From NCBI GenBank assembly GCA_963804995.1, contig CAWDSK010000003.1, forward strand, positions 128,001 to 192,000: a stretch of DNA of 64,000 nucleotides, given 5' to 3'. Shown one piece after another: positions 28,239 through 37,645 of the stretch. The position numbers and the translations under genes are program-made. Positions within the stretch are counted from its first letter, which is position 1; each line of letters begins with the position of its first letter. Below the pieces are notes generated by a model, which saw nothing but the letters and a program-made list of their open reading frames with translations, had not been told where the DNA came from and searched no databases. This stretch comes from an uncultured Acidobacteriota bacterium. Lineage in GTDB: Bacteria > Acidobacteriota > Terriglobia > UBA7540.

Positions 28239-29795
28239 ATGAGCACACGACTGATCTCGACGGTCGCTGAATTCCAAACCTACTCGCGCGAAGTGCGGTC
28301 GCGCGGAAAGTCGTTGGCCTTGGTGCCCACCATGGGTGCGTTGCATGAGGGGCACATGAGCCTGGTCCGCCAGGCCAAGCACCAATGCGATACGGTGGTG
28401 GTTTCCATCTTTGTAAATCCCAAACAATTTAGCCCGGGAGAGGATTTCAACCGCTACCCAAGAAACCTCGAGAAGGACGCGGAGCTTCTCCGCTCCCTCA
28501 ACGTGGACGCCATCTTCACTCCATCGAGCGAAGAGATATACCCGCCGGAGTTTGACACCTTTGTTAGGCCCGGAAAGCTCGCCCAGTCTCTGGAAGGCGC
28601 CACGCGGCGTGGACATTTCCAGGGAGTTACCACCGTAGTCCTGAAGCTCTTCAACATTGTCCACCCTGACGTCGCCTACTTCGGCCAGAAGGATTTCCAA
28701 CAGGTTCAAGTGATCCGCAGGCTGGTGGAAGATTTGAACCTGAGCGTGCGCCTGGTCATCTGCCCCATTGTGCGTGAGCCCGATGGCCTGGCGCTGAGCT
28801 CTCGCAACACTTACCTTGGCCCCGCGGCCCGCGCCGCCGCGGTAGTTCTCCATCACTGCCTGAAACGCGGGGAAGAGCTGGTCCACGGCGGCGAGGTGGA
28901 AGCGAAGGTCCTGCTGGAAGAGATGCGGCAGGTTATAGCGGGTGAGCCTCTGGCGAAGCTCGATTATCTGGCGCTCGTCGACCCCGTCGACCTCGCGCCT
29001 GTGGAGCGCGTGGCAGCAGGCACCGTGGCTCTGGTGGCGGCGCGAGTAGGAACCGTCCGCCTGATCGACAACCTGATCTTCGGGCCACGCGGGGCAAGCC
29101 CGGACCTCCTGCTGCAACTGGCCTTCACCTCCCGGCCCGTCATGGATTTGGGGGCGCGAATTCCCGGCCTTGAAGCGGAAGCTCTGCGCAAGCGGATTGA
29201 AAGCTGTCGCGATTGCGCCGCAATTTCTGCCGTGCAGATTCCTCCCCGCGAATTCCTCGCCAAGTATTTGAAGCGTGACTACCCGGACTTAAACCGCGTT
29301 CGCGTGGTGGTCATCGCCCGGGACGCGCCCATGGTTGCGGACGACTATTTCTATCGACGCCCTGAAACACCCACCGCCTTCGCCGTGGCGCTCTACGAGT
29401 TGTTGGGCATCAACGGCTTTCAGGAATTCAAGACGGCCTGTGTTTTGACGGACGCTCTGCGTTGTCATATCCAGGCTGACCACGCCTCAGAAAGGGCTCT
29501 GGGCTATTGCGCGCGGCATCTCCGTGATGAGTTGAAGCAATTCCCCAACTTGCGGACTGTGATAATTATAGGAGAGGATGCCTACCTACAATTCCAACGA
29601 GACGTGCTCGGCCGCCCGCCGGAGGAAATCAAGCCTTTTGAAGAACTCCTCCGGCAGGAAAGTTGGGCGAAGGAAGATGTTCAACTCCCCCTCGTGAAGG
29701 CCGGGCCCATTCAGGTGATTTACTGCTATCACCCGACCTGGGGGTACAAACGCAGCCCCTCCCTTGCCCCCTTGTTCCAATTGCTCCCGAAATAA
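28239..29795 (+). CDS. panC: Pantoate-beta-alanine ligase with extra C-terminal UDG-like domain
   Basis: PTMGALHEGH, FGQKD, ALSSRN, RLIDN; then about 230 aa with CRDC, TDALRC, C..HL.DEL, IIGEDA, YHPT. Confidence 0.9.
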   Translation: MSTRLISTVAEFQTYSREVRSRGKSLALVPTMGALHEGHMSLVRQAKHQCDTVVVSIFVNPKQFSPGEDFNRYPRNLEKDAELLRSLNVDAIFTPSSEEIYPPEFDTFVRPGKLAQSLEGATRRGHFQGVTTVVLKLFNIVHPDVAYFGQKDFQQVQVIRRLVEDLNLSVRLVICPIVREPDGLALSSRNTYLGPAARAAAVVLHHCLKRGEELVHGGEVEAKVLLEEMRQVIAGEPLAKLDYLALVDPVDLAPVERVAAGTVALVAARVGTVRLIDNLIFGPRGASPDLLLQLAFTSRPVMDLGARIPGLEAEALRKRIESCRDCAAISAVQIPPREFLAKYLKRDYPDLNRVRVVVIARDAPMVADDYFYRRPETPTAFAVALYELLGINGFQEFKTACVLTDALRCHIQADHASERALGYCARHLRDELKQFPNLRTVIIIGEDAYLQFQRDVLGRPPEEIKPFEELLRQESWAKEDVQLPLVKAGPIQVIYCYHPTWGYKRSPSLAPLFQLLPK

Positions 29796-29811
29796 AGGGT
29801 AGCGCGGCGCC

Positions 29812-30270
29812 TCAGGATTTCAAGGCGGCCAGGACTTCCTGCGCGTGGCCCTCTACCTTCACCCTCAGGAAGACATGCCGGATGCTACCGTCCGGATCGA
29901 TGAGGTACGTGGTGCGCACGACGCCCATGGACTTTCGGCCGTAAAGATTCTTCTCCTGCCAGACTCCATAGGCCTCGAGCATCTTGTGGGATGTATCACC
30001 CGCCAGGGGAAAGTTCAGCTTGTACTTGTCCCTGAACTTTTGCAGTTGTTCGACCGTATCCCCGCTCACCCCCAGAACTCTTGCACCCAGCTTGTCCAGT
30101 TCTTTTTTGGCGTCACGGAACTGGTTCGCCTCGCTGGTTCAACCCGGAGTATCCGCTTTGGGAAAGAAGAAGAGGACCACATGTTTCCCTTTAAATGCCC
30201 CCAGGCTGACTTGCTCCCCCGAATCCGAGGGCAAGGAAAAGTTTGGCGCTTTGTCTCCCACGTTGAGCAT
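29812..30270 (-). CDS. bcp: Peroxiredoxin Bcp/PrxQ, selenoprotein (UGA at codon 44)
   Basis: MLNVGDKAPNF...FFPKADTPG-TGA-TSEA; UGA (30139-30141) at the peroxidatic Cys position, frame continues to VRTTYLID. Confidence 0.9.
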
Positions 30271-30326
30271 AAGTGAATCCTTCCGTCAGAATTTGTATCT
30301 CTCGGTTACGGGTCACGTCGTCTTTT

Positions 30327-30376
30327 TGTAGCGGCGGTCTATGACCGCCGGTCGGCGCTCATAGAGCGCCGCTACA
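30327..30376. repeat. GTAG-type REP doublet
   Basis: TGTAGCGGCGGTCTATGACCGCCG-GT-CGGCGCTCATAGAGCGCCGCTACA. Confidence 0.8.
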
Positions 30377-30388
30377 ACCAACCGACCA

Positions 30389-31849
30389 TCACCCCAACTC
30401 TTTCTTGAGCGTCTCTTGCACTACTTGAGGATTTGCTTGGCCGCGCGTTGATTTCATGACCTGCCCTACAAACCAGCCGAGCGTGGCCGTTTTCCCGCTG
30501 CGATATTGTTCCACCTGCTTGGGGTTGGCGGCCATGATCTCACGCACGACCTCTGCAATGCGGCCCGCGTCGCTGATCTGGGTCAGACCCTTTTCACTGA
30601 CCAATTGCGCGGCGCTCTTCCCTGTCGAAAACATCTCCGCCAGGATTTCCTTCGCCATCTTACCGGAGACGGACCCTTTCTGGATCATCGCCAGCAATTC
30701 CGCGAGGCGTTCCGCGGACACGGGCGACTCGGTGATTTCTTTATTGGCTTCCTTCAAGAGATAGAGCAATTCACTGAGAACCCAATTGGCGACGAGTTTG
30801 GGCTCGCCACTCGCCTTCGCGACCTGCTCAAAGTATTCCGCTAGATCCTTGGAGAGGATCAATTGCCCGGCGTCGTACTCAGGAAGTCCATATTCCCGGA
30901 TAAAGCGCTGCCGGCGGGCGTCTGGAAGCTCGGGCAGTGCCCTCCGCGCTTCTTCCTTCCACTCCTCCGTAATCACCAGGGGCAGCAGATCGGGCTCCGG
31001 GAAGTAGCGATAATCATGCGCAAATTCCTTCGAGCGCATTCCATACGTCCGCTGCTCGCGGCTATCCCAGAGGCGGGTTTCCTGTTGAATCGTTCCTCCC
31101 TTCTCCACAATCTCAATCTGCCGTTCGATTTCGTAGGCCAGGGCCTTATGCAGGAAGCGGAAGGAGTTCAGGTTCTTGACCTCGGTCTTGACGCCGAAAT
31201 CCGACGCACCCGCCAGGCGCACGCTCACGTTGGCGTCGCAGCGCAGACTTCCCTCCTCCATGTTGCAATTGGAGACTTCCAGGTACGACAGAATCGTTTT
31301 AAGGCGGGTCACATATTCATAGGCCTCGTCGGGAGTCCGCAGATCCGGCTCGCTGACAATTTCAATCAGGGGCACGCCGGAGCGGTTTAAATCGATATAA
31401 GACTTGCGGTCGGAATCCGGAAAGCCCTCATGCAGGGATTTGCCCGCGTCCTCTTCCATGTGCACGCGCGTGATCCCAATGCGCTTTCTGGTCTTGTCGA
31501 CTTCGATCTCGATCCATCCGTTCTCGGCGAGGGGCTCATCGTATTGCGATATCTGGTAACCCTTGGGGAGATCCGGATAGAAGTAATTTTTGCGGGCAAA
31601 ACGCGAGCGCGGATTGATGGCACAGTTGAGTGCCAGTGCCGCCTTCATCGCCATGGTTACGGCCTCCCGGTTTAACACCGGGAGCGCTCCGGGCAGGCCC
31701 AGACAGACCGGGCACACGTTCGAATTCGGAGGATCGCCAAAATGCGTCGAGCAGGAACAGAAGATTTTTGATTTGGTAAGAAGCTGGAGGTGCACTTCCA
31801 GGCCAATCACCGCCTCGTATTTCGTGCCCGCTACTACGGAAGCATTCAT
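30389..31849 (-). CDS. gatB: Asp/Glu-tRNA amidotransferase subunit B
   Basis: [43 protein letters not shown]. Confidence 0.98.
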   Translation of the reverse strand: MNASVVAGTKYEAVIGLEVHLQLLTKSKIFCSCSTHFGDPPNSNVCPVCLGLPGALPVLNREAVTMAMKAALALNCAINPRSRFARKNYFYPDLPKGYQISQYDEPLAENGWIEIEVDKTRKRIGITRVHMEEDAGKSLHEGFPDSDRKSYIDLNRSGVPLIEIVSEPDLRTPDEAYEYVTRLKTILSYLEVSNCNMEEGSLRCDANVSVRLAGASDFGVKTEVKNLNSFRFLHKALAYEIERQIEIVEKGGTIQQETRLWDSREQRTYGMRSKEFAHDYRYFPEPDLLPLVITEEWKEEARRALPELPDARRQRFIREYGLPEYDAGQLILSKDLAEYFEQVAKASGEPKLVANWVLSELLYLLKEANKEITESPVSAERLAELLAMIQKGSVSGKMAKEILAEMFSTGKSAAQLVSEKGLTQISDAGRIAEVVREIMAANPKQVEQYRSGKTATLGWFVGQVMKSTRGQANPQVVQETLKKELG

Positions 31850-32216
31850 GAATCGATTCCTTGTTTTCGATGACGCCTGACCAGCCGATTATTATACACG
31901 CTTCCGGAATAGGTCGGAGCGCCCGTGCGTGGGGGGTACGGGTCCCTCAAGGGCGGCACGCCGCAGCCCCATCGGCTCGACAACTAGAACGAAAACTTTA
32001 GTGCTAAATGGATACCGCGTGGACCGCCTCCCCCGATAAAAGGATTGCCTTCTCCCACGTCACCCGTGGCTGTGTGGGCAGGAAGCCCTGACACGCACCG
32101 CTGCTGGAGAGCCCATTGGCGCCGCAATCGGCAAAGAAGGTCGGTCGTGGTCCTGGAAGACGAATAGGAGAGCGGACAACAGGGACGGAGAGGGGTCCGC
32201 GTCCTAGCTCAAGTGC

Positions 32217-33746
32217 TTACTCCACTCGGAATGCCAACAGGCCGGCATTTCTCAAGATGAATTTGAATCGCACCACTTGGCCACGCAGGTTGCTAAGATC
32301 CGGATGTTGCGCCCAGGAGACGGTCCGTCGCGCGCTCTCTCCGCGCAAGGGGGCGCACTCCTCCGCCGTATAGCCAGGGATAGGCCGCTCGAATTCGTCC
32401 AGCACCTCCACCCTCACATCGCCCTCCCCATCCTTGACTTTGCTGAAGAGGCCGGCCCAGGCCGGATCCACCTTCCCCGCCTTATCGCGAAACGTGTAAG
32501 TTGCCGCGGTGACACTCAACGCCTTACCCTGCAGCCGCAGGGGCCGCGTCACCACGGTGCCCTCGGAGGTCGCGTTCAACGAGGTAATCTCGTCCTCAGG
32601 CATCGACGCCGCCCCGATCTGCCCCACGCCATCGGCGTAAGTATCGACGAACTTGCCCATCGCCGCGTTATGCTTGACATCAAACCCCGAATAGAAGAAC
32701 CAGAGCCGGCCGCCTTGGACAACCGGTGGCGCGACCGCCATAATCATCTCGCTGTCAAACGCCTTGCCGGCATAGTCGAGTTTCACAAACCCCAGGGGCA
32801 TGAACACCCGGCGGTGGGCACTCCGCTCCCAGCGCCTCCCGTCCCGGCTGGAGACAAGTTGCATATCGATCTGCTGAACATAAGTGTGAAGCACCCAGAG
32901 CAATCCCAGATACTGATCGCCGTAGGGGAAGGGGGACATCCCGTAAAATTCCGTGTCGGACTGGTCGCGATCATCCGGCTCGAGGATCAGTTCGTCATCC
33001 CGCCAGTTCACGAAATCGTCGCTCACCATCCGCGAAACTTTCCGCACGGGAAATATGGAGGGCTTGTGGTACATCCAGAACTGGCCTGTCGCCGGGTCCT
33101 GCATGACGCAAAACGTATCGCTGCTCGCGGCCATCGGCACCACCGGATTCGGCCGTATGCTCCACCGGACGCCATCCGCCGAAAACGCGACCCACACTCC
33201 CTCCTTCCCTTTAGCGAGCCAGTTCCAGTAAGCCAGTTTGTATCGCCGCGACGGATCCCTTTCGCGCCAGTCCTTGATGACGCTCATCGTCCAGGAGCAC
33301 TGTTTCAGGAGGATGTTATTCTTCTTCGAACCTCTGAACTCCACCAGGTTCAATTCCGGCCGAGTCCAGTGAATTCCGTCGGGTGAGGTGGCGTAGCAGA
33401 TGAACTCCTCGATGTCCGGCTGGCTGGTTGTGGGGAGGCTGTTGTACCACATCTTGAAGAGGTGTTCCTCCTGGTCGTACAACACCGTGCCCGGCTGCAG
33501 AACCAGGCTGCCTTCCCAATCCCGCTCGGGCTTCAGCACCGGATTCTCCGCGGCTCGCTCCGGGTTGTGGAGCGTCCATACCACGTTGTCCATGCGCTCG
33601 ATCAGCCGGTCGTCCACGAAGAATTGCGGGGCGGTGCCGAGTAGGATCGGCGCCGGCCCCTGGCTCTTGACGGTTTGCGGCAGCGCCAGCCTCCCTGCGA
33701 GACTACAGAAGAGTAAGAGCGTGCAAACGTGAGCTGACGTTTTCAT
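32217..33746 (-). CDS. Secreted glycoside-hydrolase-like beta-propeller protein
   Basis: Signal peptide; NPVL, FKMWY, YATSPDGIHW and SxDGxxW repeats; start at ATG after GAGGAG. Confidence 0.65.
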   Translation of the reverse strand: MKTSAHVCTLLLFCSLAGRLALPQTVKSQGPAPILLGTAPQFFVDDRLIERMDNVVWTLHNPERAAENPVLKPERDWEGSLVLQPGTVLYDQEEHLFKMWYNSLPTTSQPDIEEFICYATSPDGIHWTRPELNLVEFRGSKKNNILLKQCSWTMSVIKDWRERDPSRRYKLAYWNWLAKGKEGVWVAFSADGVRWSIRPNPVVPMAASSDTFCVMQDPATGQFWMYHKPSIFPVRKVSRMVSDDFVNWRDDELILEPDDRDQSDTEFYGMSPFPYGDQYLGLLWVLHTYVQQIDMQLVSSRDGRRWERSAHRRVFMPLGFVKLDYAGKAFDSEMIMAVAPPVVQGGRLWFFYSGFDVKHNAAMGKFVDTYADGVGQIGAASMPEDEITSLNATSEGTVVTRPLRLQGKALSVTAATYTFRDKAGKVDPAWAGLFSKVKDGEGDVRVEVLDEFERPIPGYTAEECAPLRGESARRTVSWAQHPDLSNLRGQVVRFKFILRNAGLLAFRVE

Positions 33747-33887
33747 GTAACTCCTCTTATTCGACGGCGGGGGCGAGCCGCATCCAGAGGCGGAGGCTCG
33801 CGGCCCCGCATATTCAGTAAAGCCAGTCATGCAATGCCTGTGCCGAATTATACGCCCTGGCCGAGGCGGGCGAGTGACGCAGTCGGA

Positions 33888-33916
33888 TTGAGTTATACAC
33901 GAGATTCGTGTACACT
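33888..33916 (+). promoter_or_regulatory. TA promoter with palindromic operator
   Basis: TTGAGT-17-TACACT with TACACGA-gat-TCGTGTA between the boxes; ATG 8 nt downstream (leaderless-like). Confidence 0.6.
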
Positions 33917-33924
33917 CAGTTCGT

Positions 33925-34143
33925 ATGAAAAACATCACCCTCAGTGCGGATGAAGACCTGATTGAGCAGGCGCGGCTTATTGCCCACGCTCAACGCGAGA
34001 CTCTCAATGCGGCGTTCCGCAAGTGGCTTTTGCAGTATACGGCGCAGGGGGGGAGTGTGCGTGAGGTGGAATCCTTGATGAAACGCTTACGCCATGTCAA
34101 GGCGGGCCGCCACTTTACGCGGGATGAGATGAATGAACGATAG
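33925..34143 (+). CDS. Antitoxin (RHH-like)
   Basis: MKNITLSADEDLIEQAR...FTRDEMNER, overlapping the PIN gene. Confidence 0.8.
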   Translation: MKNITLSADEDLIEQARLIAHAQRETLNAAFRKWLLQYTAQGGSVREVESLMKRLRHVKAGRHFTRDEMNER

Positions 34144-34555
34144 GTTCTTCCTTGACACCAACATCTTTGTTTACTGCTTTGACCGAACCGCGCCTGCGAA
34201 AGCCCGCCGCGCCTTGCAATTGATCCGCACCGCGGTGGAAACCCGCAAGGGTATCATCAGCTACCAGGTCGTTCAAGAGTTCTTCAACGTCGCGCTGCGG
34301 CGGTTTGTGCAACCGATGACCATCGCTGACGCAGAACAGTACCTGTCCACGGTTTTTCGCCCTTTATTGGCCATCCATTCTTCCCCGGCCCTTTACGGAG
34401 ATGCCCTCCGCCTCAGCGCCCAGCTCCGGTCTTCCTGGTACGATTCGCTCATCGTTGCTGCGGCCATCCAAGGTCAATGCACTATCCTGTACAGTGAAGA
34501 CCTCCAATCTGGCCAACGCATCGGGGATCTGGAGATCAAGAATCCTTTCTTGTAA
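34133..34555 (+). CDS. PIN-domain (VapC) toxin
   Basis: FLDTNIFVY, QVVQEF, WYDSLIVAAA, LYSEDLQ, NPF. Confidence 0.92.
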   Translation: MNDRFFLDTNIFVYCFDRTAPAKARRALQLIRTAVETRKGIISYQVVQEFFNVALRRFVQPMTIADAEQYLSTVFRPLLAIHSSPALYGDALRLSAQLRSSWYDSLIVAAAIQGQCTILYSEDLQSGQRIGDLEIKNPFL

Positions 34556-34688
34556 GCCCGAAGTGCTTCCCACCACCCGTCCCTTTGGCCGAGCATTCTT
34601 CCCTATTGTACCAAGCAGGGGGAAAGGCCGCCGCTACAGCAACTGACCCGCTACCGACGTTCCGCGACCAGGAAATTCGCCGACGCGG

Positions 34689-34816
34689 AAGTCTTAGGGC
34701 GCGACCCAGGTGACCCGCGGCCGGCCGCTGGAGGGATTCTTATCAACGAGGACGGGGGTGCGGAAGGCCTTGCTCAACAAATCCGCCTGGAAAACGTCCT
34801 CCGGCTTTCCCTGGCG
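34689..34816 (-). repeat. Duplicate of the btuD 3' end (other copy 35587-35714)
   Basis: 128-bp direct repeat with 9 mismatches, all synonymous in the btuD frame. Confidence 0.9.
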
Positions 34817-34828
34817 AGGGACCCGAAT

Positions 34829-35239
34829 TTACTTAGACCAATCCTCCCAGGACAGACCCTTGACTCTCGCAAACTCCTTAACATTTGCGGTCACCAAGGT
34901 AAAATTGCGCTGCAGCGCCTGGCCTGCAATCAGCAAATCATACGCCCCAATCGGGTTGCCACGAACCTCCAATGCCGCCCGAATCGCGCCCGCCGACTGG
35001 GCGTCCTCGTCGTCAAAAGCCAGGAGAGCAACGGGGGCGGCGATGAATGCTCGGAGGCGCTGGCGGTTGGCTTCCGGCTGCGAACTTTTGCTAACACCAT
35101 ACCAGAGCTCGAAAGCCACGATCGAAGAGACGAATACTTTGCCACCCGCAGCGACGGCCGTTCGGAATCGGGTGCGGACGGAGGCAGGCTCGCCCTTGAT
35201 CAGCGCGATGCAGGCGTTCGTGTCGAGAAGAAAGTTCAC
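34829..35239 (-). CDS. vapC: VapC toxin
   Basis: MNFLLDTN, ELWYG, IGAYDLLIAGQA, LVTANVKEF; GTG overlaps the vapB stop. Confidence 0.93.
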   Translation of the reverse strand: MNFLLDTNACIALIKGEPASVRTRFRTAVAAGGKVFVSSIVAFELWYGVSKSSQPEANRQRLRAFIAAPVALLAFDDEDAQSAGAIRAALEVRGNPIGAYDLLIAGQALQRNFTLVTANVKEFARVKGLSWEDWSK

Positions 35240-35481
35240 TTGAAGATCTCGCGGCGCGGGGTCCGGGGCTGCTTTCGCCCCTTTTCCATGAAAGGCACGG
35301 CAGCCCATCGGTCCAATTCTTCAAACCACTTGTCGGGGTCGGCTACGAACGGCTCCAGAAGAACCCCCCCTGGAACCCGCCGCACCCGCACCCGGTCCCC
35401 CTCAAAGCGGAACTCCTGGGGAAGCCGAACAGCCTGGCTTCGTCCATTGCGAAACAGCTTGGCGACTCCCGTTTTGGCCAT
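35236..35481 (-). CDS. vapB: VapB (AbrB-like) antitoxin
   Basis: AKLFRNGRSQAVRLPQEFRF. Confidence 0.93.
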   Translation of the reverse strand: MAKTGVAKLFRNGRSQAVRLPQEFRFEGDRVRVRRVPGGVLLEPFVADPDKWFEELDRWAAVPFMEKGRKQPRTPRREIFK

Positions 35482-35502
35482 GGTATTTTCCCTTCCGACT
35501 GA

Positions 35503-35523
35503 GTATAGATCACTAGACTATAC
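35503..35523 (-). promoter_or_regulatory. vapBC operator palindrome
   Basis: GTATAG-N9-CTATAC upstream of vapB. Confidence 0.5.
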
Positions 35524-35591
35524 CCGGCAAGGGGAAAGACCGCCCCTCGGCCCGGCATTCTGCAACCATGAGAGGGGCCGACGAGCAAGTC

Positions 35592-36404
35592 TTACGGCGC
35601 GACCCAGGTCACTCGGGGGCGGCCGCTGGAGGGATTCTTGTCGACGAGTACGGGGGTGCGGAAGGCCTTGCTCAGCAAATCCGCCTGGAAAACGTCCTCC
35701 GGCTTTCCCTGGCGGAGACAATCTCCCTCATGCAATAGCGCAACGTAATCCGCCATTTCCGCCGCCAGATTGAGTTCATGAGTCACGACGACGCCCACAA
35801 AGTTTTCAGAAGCGGCAAGCCGGCGAAGCAGACGGAACATCTCCACCTGATAACCGATGTCCAGATTCGCGGTGGGCTCGTCCAGCAGGACCAGGCGCGG
35901 CCGTTGCGCCAGCGTCCGGGCCAGGACGGCGCGCTGGAACTCTCCGCTGCTCATTTCCATCACCCGTCGCCGCGCGAATTCCTGCAAGCAGGTCTTTTCG
36001 ATTGCCCACTCAACCCAGCGTTCGTCTTCCGGGCTCTCAAACAAGCTGTTGCCCAGATGCGGGTGCCGCCCTTGACGAACGAACTCTCGCACTTCAAACG
36101 AGAAGAGCAGAATCGTCTCCTGCCGCGCCAGCCCCACTCTTCGGGCGCGCTCCCGCGGGACGAGACTGTGCAGGTTCTGGCCGTCGAGATAAACACCGCC
36201 CGCCCGGGGCTTCAGGTGTCCACTGAGGATCTCAAGCAGCGTGGACTTCCCTGACCCGTTGGGCCCAAGAATGGCGGTAAGTTGGCCCGCGCGAGCCTGG
36301 AAACTGACAGGAGCCAGCGCAAAGTGCGGGTAGCGGAAGGTCACGGAATCGACAATCAGCTCCGCCGGCGTGTTTGCCACGATTTGTGCTGTGGGGCTCG
36401 TCAT
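35592..36404 (-). CDS. btuD: Cobalamin/iron-chelate ABC transporter ATPase
   Basis: GPNGSGKST, MSSGE, LLDEPT, VTHELNLA; in riboswitch-led operon. Confidence 0.85.
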   Translation of the reverse strand: MTSPTAQIVANTPAELIVDSVTFRYPHFALAPVSFQARAGQLTAILGPNGSGKSTLLEILSGHLKPRAGGVYLDGQNLHSLVPRERARRVGLARQETILLFSFEVREFVRQGRHPHLGNSLFESPEDERWVEWAIEKTCLQEFARRRVMEMSSGEFQRAVLARTLAQRPRLVLLDEPTANLDIGYQVEMFRLLRRLAASENFVGVVVTHELNLAAEMADYVALLHEGDCLRQGKPEDVFQADLLSKAFRTPVLVDKNPSSGRPRVTWVAP

Positions 36405-36411
36405 ACCCAAT

Positions 36412-36631
36412 CGGTGTCAGGTACCGGAAAAAACGAAACTCGCGTTGCAAGGAAAAACGAAATTCGAAAATCGAAATTCGAAACTCGCCGCATCAGGAAA
36501 GAACGAAACTCGAAAATCGAAACTCGCGGCGTTGGGAAGCGGCGGAACTCGAAAGTTGAAATTAGAAACTCGCAACGATTTTCGAGTTTCCGTCTTTCCC
36601 TTTTGCCTTTTGCCTTTTGCCTTTTGCCTTG
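36412..36631. repeat. Heptamer arrays TCGAAAN and (CCTTTTG)x4
   Basis: Period-7 tracts inserted between btuC and btuD. Confidence 0.75.
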
Positions 36632-36643
36632 CTCTTCCCCCCT

Positions 36644-37645
36644 TCACCCCGTAGTCCGTCGCAGCAGATAGATAAAAACGGGCGCTCCCGCCACCGCCGT
36701 CACCGCGCCCACCGGCAGCTCTGCGGGCGCCACCACGGTCCGCGCCAAGGTATCGCAGAGCACCAGCATGATGGCGCCGCCAAATGCCGCCGTGGGGATG
36801 AGGGTTCGATGATCGTTTCCCACCAGCATGCGCCCCAGGTGGGGCACTAGTAATCCGAGGTATCCGATGGCTCCGCTGACCGACACCGCCAACCCCGTAA
36901 GCAGTGACGCGAGCAGGTAAACCGCCGTTTCAACCCGGGCGACGTTTACTCCCAGGTGAGCAGCTTCCTCCTCACCCAACAGCAGAACATTGAGGTCTTT
37001 TGAAAACGCGTAAAGCACCACGATGGCGATGAGGATGGTGGGAACCAGGAAACGGATTTGCACGTCCGTGACCACGCTCAGGTCCCCCATCAGCCAGAAC
37101 GCCGTGCCGCGCACGTCGCGCGTGGAAAGCAGCGTCAGGACGAAGAGAATCACGGCAGAAAGGAAGGAAGCGGTCACCACTCCCGCCAGGAGCAGCGTGT
37201 AACTTGAGAGACGCCCCGCGCGCCGTCCCAACAAGTAAACCCAGGACATGGTAAGGACGGCGCCTGCAAATGCGGTAAGCGGTGACAGGGCGGCCACGCG
37301 TCCGCCCACATAAAGAGCGACGATGGCGCCCAGCGCTGCGCCGCTTGAAATCCCCAACACGTAAGGATCGGCCAGGGGATTGCGCAGCAGAGCTTGCAGG
37401 CCGGTTCCGGAAACCGCCAGGGCCGCACCCACCAGCATGGCCAGAATGATGCGCGGAAGGCGGATCTGGCGAACAATCACACTGGCCTCCGAGGCCGATG
37501 AACGTCCCAGCAAACCTGACCAAACTTCACCAAGGGAAAGGTGAACTCCGCCCAGTGCCAGCGACAACAAATCCACCAGGATCAGCGCCGCAGCCAACGC
37601 GAGCAGCAGTTGTCCCACATTTTTCCGCGTAGCAGGCAGGGTCAT
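36644..37645 (-). CDS. btuC: Cobalamin ABC transporter permease (FecCD family)
   Basis: IRLPR, RNPLADPYVLGISSGA, GEEEAAHLGV, GLLVPH. Confidence 0.9.
   Translation of the reverse strand: MTLPATRKNVGQLLLALAAALILVDLLSLALGGVHLSLGEVWSGLLGRSSASEASVIVRQIRLPRIILAMLVGAALAVSGTGLQALLRNPLADPYVLGISSGAALGAIVALYVGGRVAALSPLTAFAGAVLTMSWVYLLGRRAGRLSSYTLLLAGVVTASFLSAVILFVLTLLSTRDVRGTAFWLMGDLSVVTDVQIRFLVPTILIAIVVLYAFSKDLNVLLLGEEEAAHLGVNVARVETAVYLLASLLTGLAVSVSGAIGYLGLLVPHLGRMLVGNDHRTLIPTAAFGGAIMLVLCDTLARTVVAPAELPVGAVTAVAGAPVFIYLLRRTTG

Noticed and set aside
29812..30270. bcp as a nonsense pseudogene
   Set aside because: The only stop is UGA at the catalytic Cys and tRNA-Sec is present; recoding is more parsimonious
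32277..33386. 369-aa plus-strand ORF (likewise 7258-8478, 45336-46571, 58022-59179)
   Set aside because: Antisense shadows of well-supported genes in GC-rich DNA
36412..36631. Repeat tracts as a CRISPR array
   Set aside because: 7-nt degenerate tandem units without constant repeats or unique spacers; no cas genes in the window
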